DNA of 33,189 nucleotides from a virus (lineage: Duplodnaviria; Caudoviricetes): the IMG/VR virus record IMGVR_UViG_3300017784_007580, positions 1-33,189 of that record; one strand, given 5' to 3'. Below are positions 1-7,715 of the stretch, piece by piece. The notes beneath the pieces are model-generated. The model did not search any database, was not told the origin of the DNA, and worked only from the letters and a program-made list of their open reading frames with translations. Position numbers and translations under genes: made by a program. Within the stretch, counting starts at the first letter, position 1. Every line of letters starts with the position of its first letter.

Positions 1-684
1 AGATGCACTAGAAACACCAACTACAGTAACACCAGAACCAACAATTCCAGAAATTGGTAGTACAAATTGTCCAAGTGCAATTGCAGTTGTTGTGATTCCA
101 GTAATAGTAGTAGATGTAACACCTAGAGTTCCGCTTGCAGTTGCTACTCCAACAAATGATGTAACACCTACAGTTCCGCTTGCAGTTGCTACTCCAACAA
201 ATACTGTAGTTCCAGTATTAATACCAGATAAAGTTTGGTCTGCAAAGTTATCAATTATACAAACTTTAAGATCTTCTGCCCAATTTCCTGGATTTTTTGC
301 TGCCCAATAAAATGAAGTTGAAGTTGAATATGATTCTTCATAATCATCAAAGTTTTCAATTTTAAGTGCAGTTGATCCAATCCCAACTCCAGCATTAGAA
401 TTTTTTAAATCATCACCTGAACATCTTACTACTTTTAAACTTCCACCATAGGAAAGAAAATTTGAAGCAGAATACCAAGACTCATAATGATAGTCATTTG
501 TAGATGGTGAACCAAAAACTTTTCGTAACTCATCTTCATTTCTGATAGTTACGATTTGATTTACTGGTCCTTTTGCAAAAGGTGCAGCAATCCCTGCTGC
601 CAAAGATGTAGTATTTTGGATACCACCTCTTGTTAAATCTACCTCTCTAACATTAATACCTGGAGATGCTAAGCGTAGCGCCAT
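1..684 (-). CDS. gp18: Tail sheath protein, T4 gp18-like (5' part, runs off the left edge; missing from the ORF track)
   Basis: ATG at 684 with AGAGGAG RBS; translates MALRLASPGINVREVDLTRGG...GIAAPFAKGPVNQ...FGSPS...SASNFLSYGGSLKVVR...AAKNPGNWA, typical sheath N-terminus; lies directly downstream of gp17. Confidence 0.93.
   Translation of the reverse strand, partial: MALRLASPGINVREVDLTRGGIQNTTSLAAGIAAPFAKGPVNQIVTIRNEDELRKVFGSPSTNDYHYESWYSASNFLSYGGSLKVVRCSGDDLKNSNAGVGIGSTALKIENFDDYEESYSTSTSFYWAAKNPGNWAEDLKVCIIDNFADQTLSGINTGTTVFVGVATASGTVGVTSFVGVATASGTLGVTSTTITGITTTAIALGQFVLPISGIVGSGVTVVGVSSAS
113..202. repeat. 45-bp tandem duplication (2 copies, 1 mismatch) inside gp18
   Basis: gatgtaacaccta(g/c)agttccgcttgcagttgctactccaacaaat at 113-157 and 158-202; encodes FVGVATASGT(V/L)GVTS twice. 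Confidence 0.95.
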
Positions 685-720
685 TTTGACTCCTCTAGTG
701 CTTCAGTTTTGCTCTAAATG

Positions 721-728
721 TATTTATA
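721..728 (-). promoter_or_regulatory. T4-type late promoter for gp18
   Basis: Exact TATAAATA on the minus strand in the gp17-gp18 gap. Confidence 0.85.
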
Positions 729-739
729 ATTTTCTAGGT

Positions 740-2395
740 TTACCTATTGTAGTTCCACATATAAGATCTGTCTCCATATTCATCAGTATGCCAAACATCA
801 CCATCAGAATCAACTTCACCAATAGCTTCTTGCATTCCATCCATAATAAATCCAAATGGTGCCATATCTTGTTCAATCTGTTCTTCTTGGTCTTCATATA
901 ATCTTTCTCTCACATCTTGATCTGTAAGTTCTTTAAAATAAGGTTGAGATACTAACCAAGCATATATTACAAGACACATTGCTAAATCATCATTACACCC
1001 ATCTTCAGCTTCAAATGAATTGTGTTTTTGTATAAATGTTGTTAATTCACTAATGATCTCATAATCATTGAATATTAATTTATCTTCCTCAATCATTGTT
1101 TTAAGATTCAAACATCCAATTTTCTTTACTGTTTTTGACATCTTAACTCCCAATTGAGTTTTCTTTCCAGAAAATCCTTGACCTACAGATTGTCCTGCTC
1201 TACCTCTCATAGAACACATTAGTAAATTTTGATATTCTAAATCGTAATGTAAAATACTTGCTACTTGATCTCCAACATCATTTACCTCACACAATATAAA
1301 TGCATTATTGTAAGCTTTTGATACTTGGTGAATAATATTCGGAAACAGCATTGGCTTAATTTCATTATTTCTATATTTTGCAACAATTACATGTGGAAAT
1401 GTTGTAATATCAAATACTACAAATGCTGAATAATCTGCTCCAACTCCTCTAGCCACATCAACAGTAACTACATAATCTTTGTCTTTACTTGAATTTTCAT
1501 ATACATCCAGTCCTCCACTTTGCTTTATTGGATTATCATAAACTAAACTTCTTAATTTACTTGGTGCTATTAAAGTGTCTACAGATCCTAAAAATTCACA
1601 TTCAAATTCAATTGCAAATTGTTGTGCAGAAGTATTTGCTATAGTCTCTTCTTTCCACGTACTATCTCTACCAGGAACTTCTGTCCAATGAACCTCAGTG
1701 GGAACATATTTGTTAAGTTTTCTTTCTGCATCATGCCAATATCTATAAAAATGGTTCATACCATGTGGTGTGGATACCATTATAACTTTAGTTTTTTCTC
1801 CTGATGAAATTGTGGGATATACAGATGCAAAGAATTGATCAGCAATATGATTTGGAATGAATGCAAATTCATCTAGAAATATTATATTATATGATCCACC
1901 ACGAACTGTTGATGCTGATGTTGATGCTGCTAGGATTTTTGATCCATTTTCAATCTCTAATGACCCCTTGTTCCATGCTAACACCCCTTGCTGTAGCCAT
2001 TTGGGCAAATTTTCATAGGCAGTTTGTAGCCTGCTTAAGAGGTCTCTGGCAGTAGAAGCTTTATTCGCAAGGATTGCAATATTTGAATTATCATTAAAAA
2101 TTGCATAGTGAAGCAAATATGAAACTGCTGTAGTGCTTTTTCCAGACTGCCTAGGCATTTTACAAATATTAAATCTATTATTATGAAAGTTTCTAATTAA
2201 CTTCTTTTGAAATTCATACATTTCAAAAGGAATCAATCCTCTATCTACGTTTACAATTTTTACATAACTTTCAGCAAAAAATACAGGATCTTCTTTACAT
2301 TTTATAAATTGTTGAACTTGATCCTTGGTAAACTCAATTTGAGTATTTGCCCTCTTTAATAGTGGATTACCTAGATATATACCATCTTGTGCCAT
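740..2395 (-). CDS. gp17: Terminase large subunit
   Basis: YLGNPLLK N-terminus, Walker A MPRQSGKST, Walker B IIFLDEFAF, STPHGMNHF coupling motif, nuclease motifs VDVARG and NDDLAM. Confidence 0.97.
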   Translation of the reverse strand: MAQDGIYLGNPLLKRANTQIEFTKDQVQQFIKCKEDPVFFAESYVKIVNVDRGLIPFEMYEFQKKLIRNFHNNRFNICKMPRQSGKSTTAVSYLLHYAIFNDNSNIAILANKASTARDLLSRLQTAYENLPKWLQQGVLAWNKGSLEIENGSKILAASTSASTVRGGSYNIIFLDEFAFIPNHIADQFFASVYPTISSGEKTKVIMVSTPHGMNHFYRYWHDAERKLNKYVPTEVHWTEVPGRDSTWKEETIANTSAQQFAIEFECEFLGSVDTLIAPSKLRSLVYDNPIKQSGGLDVYENSSKDKDYVVTVDVARGVGADYSAFVVFDITTFPHVIVAKYRNNEIKPMLFPNIIHQVSKAYNNAFILCEVNDVGDQVASILHYDLEYQNLLMCSMRGRAGQSVGQGFSGKKTQLGVKMSKTVKKIGCLNLKTMIEEDKLIFNDYEIISELTTFIQKHNSFEAEDGCNDDLAMCLVIYAWLVSQPYFKELTDQDVRERLYEDQEEQIEQDMAPFGFIMDGMQEAIGEVDSDGDVWHTDEYGDRSYMWNYNR

Positions 2396-2398
2396 AAA

Positions 2399-3745
2399 TT
2401 AACAATTCCATTTTTTTAACGAAAGTGCCTTTCTGGTTGGGCGACCTTTTTCATCTTTCATGGGTCCAGGCATTCCTCCCATACGAGCACAGAATGACTT
2501 TCTACGATTTGCAGATTTGGAACCTGGTTTTAATTTTGATGGTGGGGTAGTAACTGCCATTGATAATTTTGATCCTGGATTTTGTGCTCTATATGAAGCA
2601 ATTCCTTTTGCATTCAACCCACCTTCAGGATTTTTTCCTTCCTTTCTTTGCCAAGCAGCAGATGCTTCATTTAAAAAATTATTAAAAGATTTAATCTCTA
2701 TTGAATCTGCAAGTGGTAATTTTGGACCTAATAACTTCCTTTTAGCTGCAGAACTTTCATTTTCATTAGGACTTTTAGTAAGATTTCTAATCTTTGCAGT
2801 TTTTTTGGCTGTTTTGTGAGATTCTGGATTTATAGTAAAACTAGTATCTTCAGGAACACAATTTGGAACCATTTTTTTACCTTTCTTTTTCATTCCAACT
2901 TGTTTAAATCCAGCCCAACATGCTTCAGATACTTCTTCATCACTATCCATATAATCTGCTGCAGTATCAATATAATCTGCAGCTTTTGTAATTTTAGATT
3001 GGACCCAAGCTGGAATTTGTTGATTTCCCTTTTTAATATTTTTTTTCAATATTGAAATTGCTTTTTGAATTTGATCAAATTCAGTTCTTGCCATATATCC
3101 TTCAGCATCTTTCTTCTCACCACTTGCAATTTCTTTATGATCTTCTTGAATTTTTCCAATAGTATACTTATCAAACATAGTTGGACCAAAGGAGCATTCA
3201 TCTCTAGTTTCATTTTTCTTACACAATAAACAATATTTGGTATCTTTTTCATATTGTTGATCCACATTAGACTCTTCTGATTTATTTCCCCAATTTGCAG
3301 CACCTGCTTTTCTACATTTAACTAATGCTCCAGATCCATATGCACTAGGCCAAACTTTAAATCTTGCTTTAACTTTATTATAACATGCATCTTTAGTACC
3401 ACTACCTTTACCTTTAATATCTGACTCTAGCACAAAATCTTCCTTTTTCATTTTTTTAGTTGGAGAATCTGTTGAAACACGAGTTGGTTCAGCACCACCA
3501 GATTTTTTTTGCTGATATGGATCTTCTATTCTCTTTCTTCTTACTGCAGAGTCTATTTCACTCTTACTCATACTTGCTAATTTAGAGTTTGAAAAACATT
3601 TAGGAGTTTTGGTTTCTCCTGGTTCATTGGCACAAGGAGACCCATCTGATTGTACCCATCCAGGTTTTCTTTTACCAGTTTTAGTTACACCACTAGAACC
3701 TTTAAACCAAGCATTAAGACTTCCTTCTTTAATTGTGGAATCCAT
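2399..3745 (-). CDS. Modular basic hypothetical protein (448 aa); candidate internal head polyprotein; C-terminal module resembles DUF6321-type phage domains
   Basis: Start overlaps the gp16 stop (TAATG); Lys-rich modules with Cys pairs separated by hydrophobic-X-E linkers; function inferred. Confidence 0.8.
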   Translation of the reverse strand: MDSTIKEGSLNAWFKGSSGVTKTGKRKPGWVQSDGSPCANEPGETKTPKCFSNSKLASMSKSEIDSAVRRKRIEDPYQQKKSGGAEPTRVSTDSPTKKMKKEDFVLESDIKGKGSGTKDACYNKVKARFKVWPSAYGSGALVKCRKAGAANWGNKSEESNVDQQYEKDTKYCLLCKKNETRDECSFGPTMFDKYTIGKIQEDHKEIASGEKKDAEGYMARTEFDQIQKAISILKKNIKKGNQQIPAWVQSKITKAADYIDTAADYMDSDEEVSEACWAGFKQVGMKKKGKKMVPNCVPEDTSFTINPESHKTAKKTAKIRNLTKSPNENESSAAKRKLLGPKLPLADSIEIKSFNNFLNEASAAWQRKEGKNPEGGLNAKGIASYRAQNPGSKLSMAVTTPPSKLKPGSKSANRRKSFCARMGGMPGPMKDEKGRPTRKALSLKKWNC

Positions 3746-4161
3746 TAAGTTTCATCTTCTGTATTATTTAGAATTCCTTGTTTTAAAAATTTAGAAAGTT
3801 CTGCAGTAGATCCAACAAACAAAGAATTATTAACTGTTGTTGGTCCTTTTTTTGGTGCATCTAAATCTTTCATTTTTTTCTGAAGATCCATTAGTTTATC
3901 ACTTACATCTCCCACAGACTTAATTAATTGTCCAGCAACCTCATAGGCTCTTGGATGTCCAGATTCTTGTGCTAATTCTAAAATTCCATCAATTGCCTCT
4001 TGACCTTTGCTAATTAAATTGTAAAGATTTATCCTAGTATATTCATAGTCTTTTTGTGGATCATCTGGAATTACTAATTCTTTTATTTTTACTGGTTCAA
4101 CCTGAATAATCTTAGATTCTATATTTAATGCTTGATCAATTTTTTCGTAGTTTTCTGCCAT
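3745..4161 (-). CDS. gp16: Terminase small subunit
   Basis: DYEYTRINLYNLI, HPRAYEVAGQLIK and NNSLFVGSTAELSKFLK motifs; position between gp15 and gp17. Confidence 0.93.
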   Translation of the reverse strand: MAENYEKIDQALNIESKIIQVEPVKIKELVIPDDPQKDYEYTRINLYNLISKGQEAIDGILELAQESGHPRAYEVAGQLIKSVGDVSDKLMDLQKKMKDLDAPKKGPTTVNNSLFVGSTAELSKFLKQGILNNTEDET

Positions 4162-4163
4162 AA

Positions 4164-5018
4164 TTAACTATCCACATCATCTCCTTGAGATGTACTATAA
4201 GTTTTAAAATCTACAAAATCTTCTATGATACTATTGAATCCAAAATCATCTCCAAATTCAATTAGAGAATCATCTGTAGAATCAATAATATTATCTTCAT
4301 TATAATCTTCTAATGCTTTTGGTGTAACTGTGTATCTTACTTCTCTCTTAGAATTTATAATTGCATCAGTAGAATAATCAACTTGAACTTTTTTAATAAG
4401 TCCAGAATTATTCTGCGGAATTTCACTGAACATGTAGGTTTTTGCTGTAAAATTTAGAGTATAAATTATAGATCTTCTTGATGTAAAATCATTATCATAA
4501 TCATCTCTAAATCCAATTCTATTTAATACAATTGGAATATCCTTAACTTCTCCAATTTCTGGAATCATAATTACACTAACATTAAATGCTGGTTGAAAGT
4601 ATGGTAAAATCTGTTCTATAATTTGTAGAATATCATCTTGAATTTTTGATATAATGTTCAATTCAAATCCTAAATTATATGGCACAGGAGTAAATACTTT
4701 TTTATATGATGTACCATCCACTGCTTTTGAAGATTTAAATGCTTGTATAGTTGAAGATTTTCTTGATGAATCATAATCAATAGATACCATCTCAAATGAC
4801 ATCCTTGGTAAAGTTATATTGATTTTTCTTTCACCATCAAGATTTTGTTCTAATCTAGCTAAAAATTTCTGAATAGGTCCATAAGCTATTGGAACTTTTA
4901 TTACAGAAAGAACGTTTCCACCTTCGTCTGAATGTTTAATTTGAATATTATTGAATAATGTTCCAAAAGCAATTACAGTTTTGCTAATAGATTTATTGTA
5001 AAAGTAATTACCAAGCAT
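4164..5018 (-). CDS. gp15: Tail sheath stabilizer / tail completion protein
   Basis: YFYN...IAFGTLFNNI, KVPIAYGPIQKFLARL, LPRMSFEM, QIIEQILPYFQP motifs; synteny. Confidence 0.93.
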   Translation of the reverse strand: MLGNYFYNKSISKTVIAFGTLFNNIQIKHSDEGGNVLSVIKVPIAYGPIQKFLARLEQNLDGERKINITLPRMSFEMVSIDYDSSRKSSTIQAFKSSKAVDGTSYKKVFTPVPYNLGFELNIISKIQDDILQIIEQILPYFQPAFNVSVIMIPEIGEVKDIPIVLNRIGFRDDYDNDFTSRRSIIYTLNFTAKTYMFSEIPQNNSGLIKKVQVDYSTDAIINSKREVRYTVTPKALEDYNEDNIIDSTDDSLIEFGDDFGFNSIIEDFVDFKTYSTSQGDDVDS

Positions 5019-5043
5019 CTTAAAAAAAGCACTCCTACACTAC

Positions 5044-5051
5044 TATTTAAT
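5044..5051 (-). promoter_or_regulatory. Probable late promoter upstream of gp15
   Basis: ATTAAATA on the minus strand followed by an AGGAG RBS-like sequence. Confidence 0.55.
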
Positions 5052-5073
5052 CAATTTTATTTTTAAATTGCAG

Positions 5074-6450
5074 TTAAACTTCCCCAAAGGGATTTAATTC
5101 TGTGAAATCTATAATATCATCAGCCTCTTCTTCAATATTATCAGAATCATCATATTCTTGTTGTAAGTCATATGTTTGATATTCTGCAATGGTATATCTA
5201 GCACTTGATGCTGCTCCCACAACAACATCACCAACAACAAAATCAGTTCCCATACCAGAAACTTTCAGTTGTTTTGTTACTGCATCCCAATCTTTAACTA
5301 TTGCTATAGATCCTGAAATTGTGGCAATAACTTGTTCTCCAAAAATATAATTTCCAGAAGCAACAGTTGATCCTGCAGAAATTGTTACTATCGGGGGTTG
5401 AGTATATCCAACTCCAGAGTTAACTATTCTGATTGTTGAAATTCCACCACTAGAATTTAAGAATGCTTCTGCAATTGCAGTAGTTCCTCCAGATACTGGA
5501 GATGAAAATGTTACTATTGGTGGTTTAGTATAACCTGTTCCAGGATAACTTAAAGTAACTATTTCAATACTTCCTGATGTTGCAATTCCAACTTTAACAC
5601 TTGCTCCATACCCACCCCCACCAAAAAATGTGACTAGAGGTGATTTTTGGTATATGTATCCAGACCCACTATTTTCGATGTATACCTTATCTAAACTTTT
5701 TCCTGATGTTAGTCTTCTAGCACTAGAAACAATACCAACAACACGAGCTTTAATTCCAGATAATGGAGAAGATACTACTAATGTTGGTGAAGTTGAATAT
5801 CTATATCCTCCAGAAATAATATTTACATTTTGGATTCCTCCAGATACAATTCCAGTATATGCAGTTGCAGTAATTCCAAATCCTGATAGAGTTAAAACTG
5901 CACCATATCCAACATCACTCAACTTAGCATCAAGTTCCTGCAATCCAGTTGAAATTTCATCATCTTCAAATTCATAGAGTTCACATCTGAGTTCATACAC
6001 ATAATTTTTTTGTAGTTGGTAGAAAGGTTTTCTGTTTTCTACAAACTTAATTTCCATCAAGCTATCCGAAAGAGGAACATAAATTAAATCACCTTCATTG
6101 GGTCTTGTTGAATTTTCAATACCATCAATCAATTTAGTCAATTCAATAATATAAGTATCAAATCTTTCCTTTGATATTATGAGAGTCATTTCATCATTAA
6201 TTTTTAGTCCAAACTTAGACATCATAATACTGTTATTATCAAATCCATCATAATTGACCAAGTATGCTTCAATAGGAAAAGCAGATTTAAATTTTGAAAA
6301 AATTACATCTTTTATTATTTTTCCTTTAGAAATAATTTTTCTAGGCATATAGTATACTTCTATACCATACATTTTTAACTGTTCATTAATTAAATCTTGT
6401 ATTAAATTTTGCTCTCCAAGCGTACCTTGGATAAAAAATGGATTTAACAT
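5074..6450 (-). CDS. gp14: Neck protein with internal repeat insertion
   Basis: LNPFF...EQNLIQDLINEQLKMYGIEVYYMPR, RPNEGDLIYVP, PFYQL, C-terminal IIDFTELNPFG; synteny. Confidence 0.92.
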   Translation of the reverse strand: MLNPFFIQGTLGEQNLIQDLINEQLKMYGIEVYYMPRKIISKGKIIKDVIFSKFKSAFPIEAYLVNYDGFDNNSIMMSKFGLKINDEMTLIISKERFDTYIIELTKLIDGIENSTRPNEGDLIYVPLSDSLMEIKFVENRKPFYQLQKNYVYELRCELYEFEDDEISTGLQELDAKLSDVGYGAVLTLSGFGITATAYTGIVSGGIQNVNIISGGYRYSTSPTLVVSSPLSGIKARVVGIVSSARRLTSGKSLDKVYIENSGSGYIYQKSPLVTFFGGGGYGASVKVGIATSGSIEIVTLSYPGTGYTKPPIVTFSSPVSGGTTAIAEAFLNSSGGISTIRIVNSGVGYTQPPIVTISAGSTVASGNYIFGEQVIATISGSIAIVKDWDAVTKQLKVSGMGTDFVVGDVVVGAASSARYTIAEYQTYDLQQEYDDSDNIEEEADDIIDFTELNPFGEV

Positions 6451-6451
6451 A

Positions 6452-7282
6452 CTATCCTATCAAATCCATTGGAGGAAGTTCATATTCAATCATCATTATA
6501 TTTTTAATTTCTTGCAACTCTTTAATTGCATCATCATATATTTGCCTACCATTCAACTCAATTCCTCCAGGAAGTTTTACTCCCTGAAACTTGATTAAAT
6601 TTTGCCCCCACTGCTTTTTAATTAAAGCTGTTGTATATTTTTTTAAAAATGAATCATTATATACTTTAGTAGAATCATCGGGATTTAAAATTCTATAACA
6701 TTCTATTAATAGATAATCATCTGCATTTAGAGTTCCCCAACTAGTATCTAAATATAATCTACCTTGTCTTTTATTAAATCTAATTTGTTTTTCTGGATTA
6801 ATTATATGGTCAATATCTTCTAGATATCTTTTTGTAATATAATAATTTAATAATTCTGTAGATGAAAACCAATATATATCATTCAAAAATAATTGATAAT
6901 TTACATTGAACATATTTGAAGCAATTGTTCTATTAGATAATTTAAATACTCTTTCTACTCCAATAACTGAATCTGGAACTGGAATATAATTACTATTTTC
7001 TTCCCAACTAGCTGTCCTTCCTCCAGAAGTTCCTGTAGTTGTTACTATACCTATGACATTACCATCTCCTCTAGCTTTTCCACGTTTCAAATCATCTTCA
7101 GTAAGTTTATATTTAAGAAACATTTTTTCAACACCATCAAAATGTCTTTCTTGAAAATATTGAATAGCTTCATCAACTCTATCATCAAGTTGCTCATCTG
7201 CAACATTGATCTCCAATACTGGAGCACCAAGATCTCTCAAGCAATAATCTATTAATTGTTGTCTTGATGCTGGTTTTGACAT
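6452..7282 (-). CDS. gp13: Neck protein
   Basis: LIDYCLRDLGAPVLEINV, TALIKKQWGQNLIKF, LPGGIELNG motifs. Confidence 0.95.
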   Translation of the reverse strand: MSKPASRQQLIDYCLRDLGAPVLEINVADEQLDDRVDEAIQYFQERHFDGVEKMFLKYKLTEDDLKRGKARGDGNVIGIVTTTGTSGGRTASWEENSNYIPVPDSVIGVERVFKLSNRTIASNMFNVNYQLFLNDIYWFSSTELLNYYITKRYLEDIDHIINPEKQIRFNKRQGRLYLDTSWGTLNADDYLLIECYRILNPDDSTKVYNDSFLKKYTTALIKKQWGQNLIKFQGVKLPGGIELNGRQIYDDAIKELQEIKNIMMIEYELPPMDLIG

Positions 7283-7297
7283 TATTTTAGTTACTTT

Positions 7298-7489
7298 TTA
7301 ATTATTTAGATTTGAAAATGTATTTTCAATACAAGTAAGTGTTTCTTGTTGCTTCATGTATAATCTTACATATGATTTGCAAACATTTCTTAAAATTTCA
7401 ACATCACCACAAGTATCTAAATCTCTTGATATTTTTTCATATTCAAACATTTTAGAACAAGTTTCTAATTTAATTGCATTTGGATTCAT
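7298..7489 (-). CDS. Small helical protein, possibly NblA-like (phycobilisome degradation adaptor)
   Basis: 63 aa with a two-helix pattern L..xxxxF...L...L....Y..xxxQE resembling NblA; overlaps the upstream ORF by 20 nt; family call by eye only. Confidence 0.5.
   Translation of the reverse strand: MNPNAIKLETCSKMFEYEKISRDLDTCGDVEILRNVCKSYVRLYMKQQETLTCIENTFSNLNN
7303..7310 (-). promoter_or_regulatory. Probable late promoter for gp13
   Basis: TCTAAATA about 20 nt upstream of the gp13 ATG. Confidence 0.55.
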
Positions 7490-7715
7490 CTAACATATTC
7501 CTCAGTAAATGTTTTAGTTCATCAATAGATGATTTTATTTCAGACATTTCAATTTCAATGTTGTTTATTTTTTGCTTTTCAATTTCTCTTCTATTTCTTA
7601 GTCTAGTATACTGATCTGCTGATAATGAATCTGTATTAATGATTGCATTAGTGGAAAGGTCTCTAATTAAATTGGAATGACCTTCCACTTTTGCATATTT
7701 TGTTTGATTTTTCAT
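7470..7715 (-). CDS. Hypothetical protein with coiled-coil C-terminus
   Basis: KVEGHSNLIRDLSTNAIINTD motif typical of the small gene following the large structural gene in T4-like cyanophages; TAATG coupling. Confidence 0.8.
   Translation of the reverse strand: MKNQTKYAKVEGHSNLIRDLSTNAIINTDSLSADQYTRLRNRREIEKQKINNIEIEMSEIKSSIDELKHLLRNMLDESKCN

Noticed and set aside
740-2395. Intron, intein or homing endonuclease in the terminase
   Set aside because: Continuous, normal-length ORF with all motifs in order
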